DNA from: a virus
Virus record (IMG/VR): IMGVR_UViG_3300025759_000064
Location: 46,920 to 110,919 of that record
DNA length: 64,000 nucleotides
Direction: 5' to 3' (one strand)
Part shown: positions 54,164 through 64,000 of the stretch, piece after piece
How the letters are laid out: every line of letters begins with the position of its first letter
Position numbering within the stretch: position 1 is the first letter of the stretch
Program-made: the position numbers and the translations under genes
The notes under the pieces: model-generated
Told to the model about the DNA's origin: nothing
The model's database searches: none
Seen by the model: only the letters and a program-made list of their open reading frames with translations

Positions 54164-55693
54164 TCACCCGATTTGTATCCAATTATTAGCAGTAACACAA
54201 ACGAATGTAACCGCTTCATGGTCGCCTGTTGCAGTAACACTAGGCCAACCTGAAACAATAGAACAGTTAGAAGCATTTAATTGAACTGTTGCTGAACCAC
54301 CTGTATTGTTAAAGATAGTATATTGAGTTCCTACTGTTCCACTTGCAGGTAGTGTTAATGAACCGTTAGTCCAAAAAACGTATGAACCTGTTTGTGCTAG
54401 TGTTAATGTTGTGCCACTTGATACTGCTACAACATTTGCTCTGCTTGTCATTTGACCGGGAATTGTTACTTCACCACTACTACCTATGGTTAATCTCGCT
54501 GTTCCACCTGTTGAGAATCCTAGTGTATCTGCCCCACCTCGATACATTCCTGTATTTTCATCTACCTCAAAAGTATATGTTGGATATGAAGCACTTCCGT
54601 TAGCCGAAGAAAGCAAAGTATTGTAAGATGTTCCGGCAAAATAAGCACTTCCAAACTTTTTACTTGATGAACCTAAAGTGTAAGTATTATTGGTATCGGG
54701 AATAATATTAGCATCTACTTCATCTCCCCAAGAATCACCACCGCCACCTGCGGCTTCTAAACCAATAGTACCTGCTGAATGGTTGTAAGTCATTACATAG
54801 TTATCTTGACCTGAACCTACGCTTTGGTCTGCATCAAGAGTAAAGTTTCCTAATGCAAGATTACCTGTTCCTTGCGGGGTTATGAACATATCAAAATTAG
54901 CATTACCTGTATCTTTCATCTTTGCCCCAATCACACCTGCAAGAAAACCTGAATAGTTCAATTCTCCTAATCTAAACTCTATTTGAGTTCCAAACCCTGT
55001 CGTTCTTGAACCGCTATTTAATCCATTTATGAATTGTCCTGAAGTTAAAACTTGATTAGTGCCACTGCTTTCTAATGTTGATGAAAATGGGTTAGCATTA
55101 ACACTTTGACTGCTAACCATGAGAGAATTATTATTATTTGTTGTATCATAATTTATTCTTAATGAACCGCTTCCATTTGTGTTTATGTCTATATCTCCAT
55201 CAGCCCCGTCTACCATTTTAATTTCAGAAGAGTTTGTTCCATTATTGGTTCGTAAAATTAAATCTTGAGTTCCTTTAGCATTAACATAACCTGCTGAGTT
55301 TCCATCTCCAACAGTTATTCCATATGGGTCTACTGTTAATTTTAATTGACCCGATGAAGTAATTCCTGTTGAACCATTTCCGATTCTATATATTCCTTGA
55401 TTTGTTTGTGCGCTAAAACTTAATGCAGGTGCAGAAACACTACCGTTTGATAATTTAGCAACTGCACTAAATGTATTAACGCCACTAAATGTTTGTGTTG
55501 CTGAAAGGACAGCATCACCGCTACCTGCATTTGCGTCAACATAAGCCTTAATCGCACCGGATGACATTATATGGTCGTCAGCATCAACATGCTCACTTCC
55601 TATGTCAATATCATTGAAAGTATGCCCTCCGAGGGTTATACCTTCCGCTACTTTCAATCCTTTCTTTACTACAAAGTCTCTTTCTGTTCCCAT
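54164..55693 (-). CDS. tail fibre protein
   Basis: G/S/T-rich; GS.SAP...F...TG.YR repeats; IIPDTNNTYTLGSSSK; N-terminal DFVVKKGL. Confidence 0.8.
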   Translation of the reverse strand: MGTERDFVVKKGLKVAEGITLGGHTFNDIDIGSEHVDADDHIMSSGAIKAYVDANAGSGDAVLSATQTFSGVNTFSAVAKLSNGSVSAPALSFSAQTNQGIYRIGNGSTGITSSGQLKLTVDPYGITVGDGNSAGYVNAKGTQDLILRTNNGTNSSEIKMVDGADGDIDINTNGSGSLRINYDTTNNNNSLMVSSQSVNANPFSSTLESSGTNQVLTSGQFINGLNSGSRTTGFGTQIEFRLGELNYSGFLAGVIGAKMKDTGNANFDMFITPQGTGNLALGNFTLDADQSVGSGQDNYVMTYNHSAGTIGLEAAGGGGDSWGDEVDANIIPDTNNTYTLGSSSKKFGSAYFAGTSYNTLLSSANGSASYPTYTFEVDENTGMYRGGADTLGFSTGGTARLTIGSSGEVTIPGQMTSRANVVAVSSGTTLTLAQTGSYVFWTNGSLTLPASGTVGTQYTIFNNTGGSATVQLNASNCSIVSGWPSVTATGDHEAVTFVCVTANNWIQIG

Positions 55694-55727
55694 TTATTCA
55701 TCACCATAATTTCACTATCCATCATGC

Positions 55728-58700
55728 TCAAGGTTCTACTATCAACTGGGTTGCCACTAAACAATATGAATGTGCCCCGTCTGCGGTAGGTGTAAATCTA
55801 ACTTCTATATTTGCGCTGTTGACAGTACAATCCCATGTACCTACAACTGCGGTTGTGTCTGTGTTTACTTGACCGTAATGTGTAAGGAAAGCGTTAGTAC
55901 CATCGTGTGTAACTAATATCTCTCCAGCATCTGTACGGTTGTTATCGTCTTTCTTTATGTGGTATAGTATTTTAGCGGCCTTGTAAGTCGCTTTTGGTAT
56001 AGAGAACAAGTTAGTCTCTCCTGTTATAGTTGCGCTGTCTCCTGACGCTGTATCTAAGATAGCAACTGCATCAACGCTGAGTTTAGCGCCTTGCAAAGCA
56101 CCTGTTGACGTTACATTGTTTATGTTAGTGAGATTTCTACTAGCGTCTACAACAAGAGCCTCGCTTGCTGTAACTGTTCCTATTGAGGCAGTTAAGTCAA
56201 GATAGTTTAGTTCTGCGGCTGTCGATGTTACATTAGTACCATCAATGTCGAGCGTAGTTACTGAGATTTCACCAGCGACTGTTACTAGACCATTTGCTAA
56301 TGTGATTAGGTCTGTATCGTTTGTATGACCGATTGTACTACCGTCGATTAACACATCGTCTATGTCTAACGACCCACCTGAGATTAATCCGGTAGTAGTA
56401 ATCGTCGATGAACCAGTGTCTATTGTACCGAAGCCTGATGTTATAGAGCCTGAGTTTAGAGCGCCAACGGTTGTAAGGCTTGATGTGACAACTGCACCAC
56501 CAAGTGTAGTAGCGTTTAGTACCTCAGTGCCGTTGATTTTGTATGTGTTACCTGTACCTGATGTATCTATGTCTACGTTAGATTGCCAAGCAGTAGTAGC
56601 GTGATTATATATCCATGCGATGTTAGTTCCAGCACCAGCACCATCTGTGTCTACATCTATTTCTACACCACTAGCATTTGCATTTGCGGTGCTATCATTA
56701 CCCTTAGAAATAGTAATTAAATCATCTTCAACAGTTAATTGCGCTGTTGATATTGTTGTCGTCGAGCCGTTTACTACTAAGTCTCCCACAATTGTAGTCG
56801 TGGATGCAGCACCAGCACCGATTGTAACGTCTACTTGACCATCAGTAGCGTGCTCTCCTTCAAGAATCAAGGCTGCTGTTTGCGCTGTATTAGTGCCGTC
56901 GCTTTCTGCGATAAAGAAAGTTAGTTTACCCGCTTCATCTGTATCTGCTGATTCTGAAACTTCTGCCACTATACTTGCAAACGCTGTTTGATTTTGTCCT
57001 GAATCATCAGCATAGAATGAGATAGTACCTATATCATCTCCATCAGCGCCAGCAGCACCGTCGTCTGACTTAAATCTTAATTCTCCACCAGTAGTACCAT
57101 CGTGTGTGTTTTGAATCGTAAGAGTCGGCTTTGCTGATGTGGCGCTTGAGATAACTACTTCGGGCGTAGTCATAGCAACTGCTGTTGTTGCAGTCATGTT
57201 TACCGCCTGAGCAGTTAAATCAATTATAGCATTTGAACGTAAATTAAGTTGTGATGCATCCCCATATATATTTTGATTTGCATTCCTAAATTGAAGTTGC
57301 ATACCTGCGTTCAATCTAATCCCAGTGTCCGGTATATGTGTGAGAGTTACATCCGTGTCTGCACCAAAACCAAGAATTGCATCGTCTGAAAGTAGCGTCA
57401 TGTCATCGCCAACGGCAACATCGTCTGTGGTCGTCAATGTATCAACAAAAGCGTCTTTCCACCTAATACTTGTTGTACCGAAATCTACATCACTATCTGT
57501 TTCGGGTCTAAACACCCCATCTGCAAGAGTAAGTTGAACAGCGTTTGCTGCCTTGAAATCTATCTCGTCAGGAGTACCGAAGTCGATAGCCGTTTGTGCA
57601 TCTTCTCCGATAATTAAATCAGTAGCGTGAATAGATGTAATTGTAGTTTGAGCAGCCTCTACTGCGATAGTAAAGTCGCCTGTCGAGCCGCCATTAGCAC
57701 CGCTAATACCGCCACCAGTTGTCAGAGTTTGGTTTGCATCTCCGCCCGCAGCACCCGTTACCCAAGAAAGCACACCTGCGCTTGTTGATTGTAGAACTTT
57801 ATCAGCGTTAGGTGCGGCAACTGGTAAAGTGTAGGTAGCACTTGCTGATGCACTTGGACTACCTTTGAAAGCAGTAGTCTTGTCAGTATTACTAGTAAAT
57901 ACCAATTGACCATTGTTTTTGTGTATGGTTACAACACCATTTGGTTGCACATTAAAAATAGAGTTAGCGAGTATCATTGGATTTTCTGGGTGTTGGTCAT
58001 TATTACTAGCATTTGCATATCCTATTTGGTCATAATTATCTGCAAAGTAACCTATCGTAAATATATCAGCAGTTCCTGACATCCTACCAGCAGCAAAAGT
58101 GCTACCAGTATCAGCACCTGTACCAACAGAAAAAACGACTGCTTGGCCGCTTATGGTTACGTCTTCAGCATTTTCTAGTATCACTGAATTACTCATACCG
58201 TAATAACCGTTCCATGAACCAGCAAGGTCATCATTTGCAATGTCGGAATATAATCTTAATTCAGAATACTGATTACCAGTATCGCTATTTGCTGTCCCGG
58301 TTCTCGAACTACCATTAATTTGCACATGACTAGTAGCCTCTTTTGCACTACCGTTGATTTTTGCGTGTCCGGTGGTCTCAAGCGTACTGACTTTGGCAGT
58401 ACCCTGTGCAGTTACCCCTATGTTTGTACCATCTATGTTCCCTCCATTTATATCGGCGGTAGGTATAGTGGCTACACCTGCCCCAGTTAATGTAAGCGCA
58501 GTAGTGAGAGTAGTGGCTGTTGTACCTGAACTTCCTCCACCACCTCCTACTTTGAAAACCATTTCTCCGCCGAGAACGTTACCTGTGGAAGTACCTGCTT
58601 CAAAGATGAGGTCTCTACCAGTTTGGTTAGTCCCTGAGGTTGGCGCTATTGATATTTTATGATTAGAGGTTTTCTCAAATTGTAAATCTTTACCTAATGC

Positions 58701-59309
58701 AATTAATTCTCCATTGTTAGTGGTTGTAAACTTCATGTATGAGTTAGAGCCTTCGGTGATGTTCAACGCATCAGCAAGGTCGTCTCCAAGAGTCAATTTC
58801 GATGTGCCTGTGTCAGCACCACTAAAATCTATATTGAGACCAGTCCCTGCTGCATCGACGCTTATGCTGTCTGCGTTCAAGTCTCCTACGTTGGTGATGT
58901 TGTTGTCACCGAGACTTAATGCCCCAGCGAGTGCTGTAATTGTAATTGAGCCAATTGTGCCACCGTTAATCGCATCGCCGCTAATTTGGTCGGCTGCAAG
59001 AGTCAAAGTTCCACCCGATACGTCGAGTGTTTTACCGCTACCTACTGTAATGTCAGCAGCATCAACTGTACCGCCATTAATGTCAACCTTAGAAATAACT
59101 ACTGAGCCATCACCGTGAGGCGTGATGTTAATATCGTGGTCGCCTGATAAAGTTGAAATTGTAGAGCCGTTAATTTTTAACGGATTACCTGACGCTGGTG
59201 TACTCTGTAAAAATCCAGCCGTTAATAAGATGTCTCCATCGGTTAACGTCAAATCTCCGTCGTCTATATCTAGTCCTGTTTTTACTGTAAAATTACGTGC
59301 TGTGCCCAT
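55728..59309 (-). CDS. long tail fibre protein
   Basis: 1193 aa G/T/D-rich; fibre motifs DINGG, LVVNGSTTTI...VEDDLI, SSLTTVGAL; N-terminal NFTVKTGL. Confidence 0.85.
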   Translation of the reverse strand: MGTARNFTVKTGLDIDDGDLTLTDGDILLTAGFLQSTPASGNPLKINGSTISTLSGDHDINITPHGDGSVVISKVDINGGTVDAADITVGSGKTLDVSGGTLTLAADQISGDAINGGTIGSITITALAGALSLGDNNITNVGDLNADSISVDAAGTGLNIDFSGADTGTSKLTLGDDLADALNITEGSNSYMKFTTTNNGELIALGKDLQFEKTSNHKISIAPTSGTNQTGRDLIFEAGTSTGNVLGGEMVFKVGGGGGSSGTTATTLTTALTLTGAGVATIPTADINGGNIDGTNIGVTAQGTAKVSTLETTGHAKINGSAKEATSHVQINGSSRTGTANSDTGNQYSELRLYSDIANDDLAGSWNGYYGMSNSVILENAEDVTISGQAVVFSVGTGADTGSTFAAGRMSGTADIFTIGYFADNYDQIGYANASNNDQHPENPMILANSIFNVQPNGVVTIHKNNGQLVFTSNTDKTTAFKGSPSASASATYTLPVAAPNADKVLQSTSAGVLSWVTGAAGGDANQTLTTGGGISGANGGSTGDFTIAVEAAQTTITSIHATDLIIGEDAQTAIDFGTPDEIDFKAANAVQLTLADGVFRPETDSDVDFGTTSIRWKDAFVDTLTTTDDVAVGDDMTLLSDDAILGFGADTDVTLTHIPDTGIRLNAGMQLQFRNANQNIYGDASQLNLRSNAIIDLTAQAVNMTATTAVAMTTPEVVISSATSAKPTLTIQNTHDGTTGGELRFKSDDGAAGADGDDIGTISFYADDSGQNQTAFASIVAEVSESADTDEAGKLTFFIAESDGTNTAQTAALILEGEHATDGQVDVTIGAGAASTTTIVGDLVVNGSTTTISTAQLTVEDDLITISKGNDSTANANASGVEIDVDTDGAGAGTNIAWIYNHATTAWQSNVDIDTSGTGNTYKINGTEVLNATTLGGAVVTSSLTTVGALNSGSITSGFGTIDTGSSTITTTGLISGGSLDIDDVLIDGSTIGHTNDTDLITLANGLVTVAGEISVTTLDIDGTNVTSTAAELNYLDLTASIGTVTASEALVVDASRNLTNINNVTSTGALQGAKLSVDAVAILDTASGDSATITGETNLFSIPKATYKAAKILYHIKKDDNNRTDAGEILVTHDGTNAFLTHYGQVNTDTTAVVGTWDCTVNSANIEVRFTPTADGAHSYCLVATQLIVEP

Positions 59310-59324
59310 ACTTTTTCACCTCCA

Positions 59325-61784
59325 TTATATTGTTAATGCTTGCCACGATACGCGCACCGTAACATCTTTGTTGGCTACCGTAGGGGTGACCACCAATTGA
59401 ATGTATTGGCTATCTCCAGCCCCCGTAACGCCTGTTTCATACGCCCCTTGTTGTGTGGCGCTACTCGTTACTATCCCATATACGGATAGATATACGTCAC
59501 CCGTAACAATGTTAGTTCCTGTGTTTGTAGTACCGGAATGCGTAACAACCATCTCAGCCGTTTCAAAGACAGAATCTGTGGTGTTCTCAACTGACACAAG
59601 TAATTTTGCAGCCTTGAACTTAGTTCTCTGATACAGGTTTACCGTAACAGCAGATAAGCCGCTACCTGTACGACTACCTGTGCCATAACCGAAACCTAAC
59701 TCGCTTACTTGGAATGGAGCATCGGGTGTGCCTTGTAGTACTCCTACTCTATTGTTAGTAGAGTCTGTCTTTAGTAGATTTGCAGACGATTTTACAACCA
59801 AATCAGTAGTATCTAAATTATCAGCATACACATTAGCCCATCTGAGAGGAGTAGAAGCATGAGTTGCTCCTAGATTTAGTGCACTGTCACTACTAGGTAA
59901 CCAATGTTGATTGACTTTGAATCCTTCTAAAGTAGCATCTGAGGCGTGATTACTAAAGAGAATACTTTTGTCGCTGTCAGATGACTTGACGATTATACCC
60001 GCACCGTCTACTGAGGCATCATCTCCTTCTGAGCCACTAGGCGAATGTGCTAATTCTATTAGTTTGTCATCGACTTGTAGTGTTGTAGAATTAATTACTG
60101 TGTTAGTACCATTTACAGTTAAATTACCTGTTACAATCAGGTTCTGTCCTACTGTAAGCGCCGCATCACTTGGACCTATTGCAGTTATAGTAGGTTGTGA
60201 AACGTTAATACCAATTACCGCATTAGATGCAGTTAATCCTGTACCTGCAAACAATGTCGCTACATCGTCTATTGATTCTTTTCTTGTTGGGTCTCCGGTT
60301 TCTCCTTCATCAGAGATTGCGATGTAATCGCCCGACGCTATTTGTACTTCTGTAAGCCCGTTAATGTCTATTGTTGATGCACCACCTACCATTTGTACAG
60401 CAGTTGCACCGAACTTGAGTACATCGTTAGTATCGTCATACCACAAGGTTCGTGCATCCGGTCCTGAACCAGCAGGGTTGCTTGTCACACTGGCTTTGAG
60501 TGCTATACCACTAGCATCGGTAAGAAGTCCAGCCATTGTAAGATGTACGGTGTTGAGTGTGTCGCCTCCTGTAAAAGTAAGGTCTGAATCGTTGGAGAAT
60601 GAACTACCGTCACTTATCTGTATAGCACCTGCTGAACCACTTGCACCTACTGCTGATGATGTTGCGAATACTTTCACCCACGCTGAACCATTGTAAACGA
60701 ATATGGCAGAGGATGCCGCATTAACATTACCGTCAGTATCAGAGCCATTACTCAAACCATTAGGGTCAAATACAACTATGTTACTATTTCCTGTTGCAGC
60801 ATTGTTAACTATAATCATATGACTTGGAGGAAATGTACCAGTGGGTGTTAAATTAATAGTACCGCTAGGTGTTGTATTGAAAATATTTGGACCATCAAAT
60901 CTAACATCCTGTGCTGTATTTATTATACTAATTTTGTTTGGACCGATTCTGTGTGTTCTTCTCGTACCACCTTGTTTACCGCTAAAGTACAACACGTGGT
61001 CTCCATCTGTACCGTCTGTACCGTAACTGTATGACATCCACATGCCACCAAAGTTAGATGATGATAGTCCCCCGACTTCATCTCCACCACCATGCATACC
61101 GTCAAGGTCTGCCGTTGAGTCAATTCTACCTGTTTGGTTACCAAGAGAACCAGTAGTCATTGGGCTGAAATAAATAGGGCTAGGTTTTACGAATGTACGT
61201 ACATCGTATACTTCGGTTACTTCCATATCTAAATCTCCAGCACTCGCATTGAAAGTACATTTCACAACTGCAAGGGCTGTGCTTTGTTTAGATGCAAGGT
61301 TCAGGCTACCATTTAGACCACTTGTATCACTTAGGAAAGCCTCAGGTGTTACTGGAAAACCGCTAGATACGGGAGAACCCTGTTCTATGTGGATACCATA
61401 TCTTGGAGATTCCGTGTCACTACAAGCATAAACAACTAACAGACAAGTTTGACCGCTAGTTAACGCAGATGTACTACCTTCGATAGTACTCTGTTGTAGT
61501 GTAATGGTGTGCGTTGCACCTGCGGCTATGTTACCAAAAGGTATGATTAACCCGTCTAATACAGCATATCCGCCTCTTACTACGATAGAGTTAGTACCGT
61601 TATCAGAAACAAATCCGGGGCTTGTAGCCTTAGCGTTTCTATTGCTATCGCCTGTTGCTGTATCTTCATACATCAAGATTCCATTACCGTGTATGCCTTC
61701 AAATAAATTAGTTAAAGATGGAGAGAGAATATAATCTCCATCAGTCAATGTTGTTGTGTGCCCTGAAATGACGTTTTCTACCAT
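59325..61784 (-). CDS. baseplate-proximal tail fibre protein
   Basis: 819 aa; GNLTVNGTNTVINSTTLQVDDKLIEL; C-terminal domain homologous to that of 55728-59309. Confidence 0.8.
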   Translation of the reverse strand: MVENVISGHTTTLTDGDYILSPSLTNLFEGIHGNGILMYEDTATGDSNRNAKATSPGFVSDNGTNSIVVRGGYAVLDGLIIPFGNIAAGATHTITLQQSTIEGSTSALTSGQTCLLVVYACSDTESPRYGIHIEQGSPVSSGFPVTPEAFLSDTSGLNGSLNLASKQSTALAVVKCTFNASAGDLDMEVTEVYDVRTFVKPSPIYFSPMTTGSLGNQTGRIDSTADLDGMHGGGDEVGGLSSSNFGGMWMSYSYGTDGTDGDHVLYFSGKQGGTRRTHRIGPNKISIINTAQDVRFDGPNIFNTTPSGTINLTPTGTFPPSHMIIVNNAATGNSNIVVFDPNGLSNGSDTDGNVNAASSAIFVYNGSAWVKVFATSSAVGASGSAGAIQISDGSSFSNDSDLTFTGGDTLNTVHLTMAGLLTDASGIALKASVTSNPAGSGPDARTLWYDDTNDVLKFGATAVQMVGGASTIDINGLTEVQIASGDYIAISDEGETGDPTRKESIDDVATLFAGTGLTASNAVIGINVSQPTITAIGPSDAALTVGQNLIVTGNLTVNGTNTVINSTTLQVDDKLIELAHSPSGSEGDDASVDGAGIIVKSSDSDKSILFSNHASDATLEGFKVNQHWLPSSDSALNLGATHASTPLRWANVYADNLDTTDLVVKSSANLLKTDSTNNRVGVLQGTPDAPFQVSELGFGYGTGSRTGSGLSAVTVNLYQRTKFKAAKLLVSVENTTDSVFETAEMVVTHSGTTNTGTNIVTGDVYLSVYGIVTSSATQQGAYETGVTGAGDSQYIQLVVTPTVANKDVTVRVSWQALTI

Positions 61785-61788
61785 AATA

Positions 61789-62133
61789 TCACTTTACCTC
61801 TATCATTAATTGGATTACTACTTCGTTTGTCGATGTCTTCTTTATCGGATTGAAAACATGTCTTGTAATAGGGGTGAATCCGCTTGAACCCCTTAATTGC
61901 ACGAACACTTCTTTGAGCGTTTCGTCGAATGCGTTTGCTGTTGTTAAATTACCTTCTACAAGTAATGTTGAATTATCCATAATGCGTACAGTAGGCGTTA
62001 TTGTTATCGCTGGTCTACCAGCACTACCATCGCTACTTGTAGCGGGTGTACTATCAAAACCAATAACCATTTCATTGATGTTATCTGCTATTGTTTCTAT
62101 CACTAATCGTTTCAAATGGTCGTTTGCTGGCAT
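61789..62133 (-). CDS. putative baseplate/tail structural protein
   Basis: Small beta-rich ORF in the tail operon. Confidence 0.55.
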   Translation of the reverse strand: MPANDHLKRLVIETIADNINEMVIGFDSTPATSSDGSAGRPAITITPTVRIMDNSTLLVEGNLTTANAFDETLKEVFVQLRGSSGFTPITRHVFNPIKKTSTNEVVIQLMIEVK

Positions 62134-63548
62134 TATGATTCCCCCTCTATTGTTGTAGATTCTTTTTCGATGAGTCCGATAGTTTCATTGTTCCCACCTA
62201 ATACCCCTCTTTCGCTATTTCGGCCAATTAAGAAGCCAGCGTGCGATAGTTCAGTAACTGTAATTGTCGGTGTTACTATTATTTCTAGGCTATCAAAGAA
62301 TGAAAAGTTCTCGTCTGTAATTTGGTTTGTCTTATCCGGCCTTCTCTTAGATGATGATGACACACTTCCACTTTCTATACCCTGTAAGACTCCTTCTAAT
62401 CCCGATTCAACGCTGAGGAAAGTAAAATCACTCAAAGCGCTACCTGCTCTATGTTGTGCTTCCAGTATAGTCAATCTTTTACCATCATATTCTATTATAT
62501 CGCCCGGTCTCGCATCCCATAAATTAGGATGTCCTCTAGATTGTAGTGAGCCTGTTGTAGACGCATTTGCTTTCAATATCTGCCTTGCAACTGTTTTTGC
62601 ACGCGATATGCTTGTAATAGATTCATCAAATATAGGAGTTACACTTTCTAGTACATCTGTATTGTATTTACTTTGTTGTCTACTTCTATCGTCCATTGTA
62701 AGAATCAAGTCTTCATTTAACGCTATTTGTTTACCTTGCACTGTAACGCGATTTTCTATATTTTCAATAGGGTTAGTTTTCTTCTGACCAAAGCGTATGT
62801 TACCTGCTATTTTTCTACTCACGTCTGCATGATTAAAAGGTACATAATTTAACACACCGTATCTATTCATCATAGTCACACGATTGTCATGTCTAGAAAC
62901 AAAGCGTAAGGCTGTAATTAGATTAATGCCATAGAAATCAGACGCTAAGAATGTATTACTTACCTTACGTCTATTATTGCTACCTCTAGTGGTTGTAATG
63001 TGTGAACCAGTCGTTACCGCAGTAATTGCATCAGGCACATTTTGTGCTAATCTAACCGCTAAATCAGTAGTTCTAAATCCAATATCTATACCTTGTGCAA
63101 GATGTACTCTTTCATCTCTGAAACCTATATCTTTCAAAGTCCGACCTTTCATGTTGCGTAAATCTAATTGTAGACCATTGCTGGTAGAAGTAACTGTACT
63201 CTTCATAATTCGGTCTACTGGGTTATCTTCGCTGTACAATAAATCTGTAACCGTGTTTTTACCATTACTAGACCATACATCGCTTTTCAGCGAATGCCCG
63301 TCAGTTTCAGTATGCGTGATGATAATACTAGATTCAGATTCAACTAAAGAATATGTACGCTCTGTTGCTAAATCGTAATTATCAGCGTTTATCGCTTCAA
63401 TAGTAACTCTAGTCTTACCTGCACTTCTTGGCTCTACTTTTGCGTAATGTACAGCGTTATCTACAAACACTGGTTGTCTAATATCGTTCATTACATTTGT
63501 CAAGGTTTCATCAAACCTACCTTTTGACGATTGAATAAGACCCATCAC
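62133..63548 (-). CDS. putative tail/baseplate hub-like protein
   Basis: NRVTVQG...A...L...G.P.L...RPGD.I pattern typical of hub and minor tail proteins. Confidence 0.55.
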   Translation of the reverse strand: MMGLIQSSKGRFDETLTNVMNDIRQPVFVDNAVHYAKVEPRSAGKTRVTIEAINADNYDLATERTYSLVESESSIIITHTETDGHSLKSDVWSSNGKNTVTDLLYSEDNPVDRIMKSTVTSTSNGLQLDLRNMKGRTLKDIGFRDERVHLAQGIDIGFRTTDLAVRLAQNVPDAITAVTTGSHITTTRGSNNRRKVSNTFLASDFYGINLITALRFVSRHDNRVTMMNRYGVLNYVPFNHADVSRKIAGNIRFGQKKTNPIENIENRVTVQGKQIALNEDLILTMDDRSRQQSKYNTDVLESVTPIFDESITSISRAKTVARQILKANASTTGSLQSRGHPNLWDARPGDIIEYDGKRLTILEAQHRAGSALSDFTFLSVESGLEGVLQGIESGSVSSSSKRRPDKTNQITDENFSFFDSLEIIVTPTITVTELSHAGFLIGRNSERGVLGGNNETIGLIEKESTTIEGES

Positions 63549-64000
63549 GCACCATCTCCGCTATGGTCTGTGACATTAAAGTCCACATCACCTTTGTGCC
63601 CTTTATTGTGTAATGACTGGCTAAATCTAGGTTTTACAGCAAAGTCACTTCTCTTGAGTTCATCGTCTGTATCTTTTTCTTGTCTTCTTCTTGCTGCATC
63701 CGAGCGATGATGTTGTAGTGTGTTTTCACTTATGATAATTCTAGATACGCTAGTTTTCAAACTTGTATTATCAAACCCACTTACGCCCGTACCTAACAAT
63801 TTAGGACCAAAACTAGTAGGCGTGGTGAATGCACCAGCGTGGTCGAATACGAATATAGGGATGTATGGACCATTACCATCAGGTATGCTTCTACCAGTTG
63901 GTAGATTTGCAGTAGGTGCTCTGCCGTTTTCTACTTCGTATGTGAATATACCATATTTACCACCCGATGTTGCGTGTAGATAATTTTGAGTGTATTGAGG
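63545..64000 (-). CDS. C-terminus of a virion structural protein (5' end outside the window)
   Basis: The frame of the 63545-63799 ORF stays open to position 64000. Confidence 0.65.
   Translation of the reverse strand, partial: PQYTQNYLHATSGGKYGIFTYEVENGRAPTANLPTGRSIPDGNGPYIPIFVFDHAGAFTTPTSFGPKLLGTGVSGFDNTSLKTSVSRIIISENTLQHHRSDAARRRQEKDTDDELKRSDFAVKPRFSQSLHNKGHKGDVDFNVTDHSGDGA

Noticed and set aside
55571-63983. Plus-strand ORFs over the tail genes, and minus-strand ORFs over the 11-52 kb genes
   Set aside because: Antisense shadows of long, motif-bearing genes; no RBS or recognisable motifs.
1-64000. tRNA/rRNA genes, inteins, reverse transcriptase or DGR, transposases
   Set aside because: No cloverleaf or T-loop pattern, intein motifs, RT motif, adenine-specific repeat pair or transposase signature was recognised by eye; a tRNAscan/Infernal run is needed to exclude them fully.

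Overview
The window is a 64-kb piece of a large tailed archaeal virus genome. The best match is a magrovirus-like virus of Marine Group II Euryarchaeota/Poseidoniales. This is inferred from gene content: family B polymerase, PCNA-like clamp, RFC clamp loader, fused archaeo-eukaryotic primase, ERCC4/XPF nuclease, MCM-like ATPase and group II chaperonin, next to tail-fibre genes. It has three blocks. (1) 1-10.3 kb, mostly minus strand: an Arf/Sar-like small GTPase with two membrane proteins, an HMG-CoA lyase, and a cluster of small genes. In that cluster unrelated domains (three GNAT acetyltransferases, two ADP-ribosyltransferase-like domains, HNH-like, Zn-finger, low-complexity) each follow a shared ~12-aa leader, M[TN][AP]FDxAWxxLK, which also recurs inside two longer ORFs. 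(2) 10.8-52.7 kb, plus strand: early and replication genes, punctuated by 11 near-identical 24-bp TATA-containing elements (TTGACTATATAAACCGAGATTGAA). It opens after a non-coding strand-switch region rich in GCGTAATG repeats. (3) 53-64 kb, minus strand: tail, baseplate and fibre genes. The strongest candidate for an undescribed system is the leader-tagged cargo array, possibly a capsid-targeting and maturation-cleavage signal for injected host-modifying enzymes. Other candidates are the GTPase/membrane module, a dikinase-phosphatase pair, a structured ~180-nt intergenic RNA, a dispersed 71-bp palindromic element and a daisy-chained tail-fibre architecture. No tRNA, rRNA, CRISPR array or integrase was seen. 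All functional calls come from recognising motifs by eye, not from database searches.
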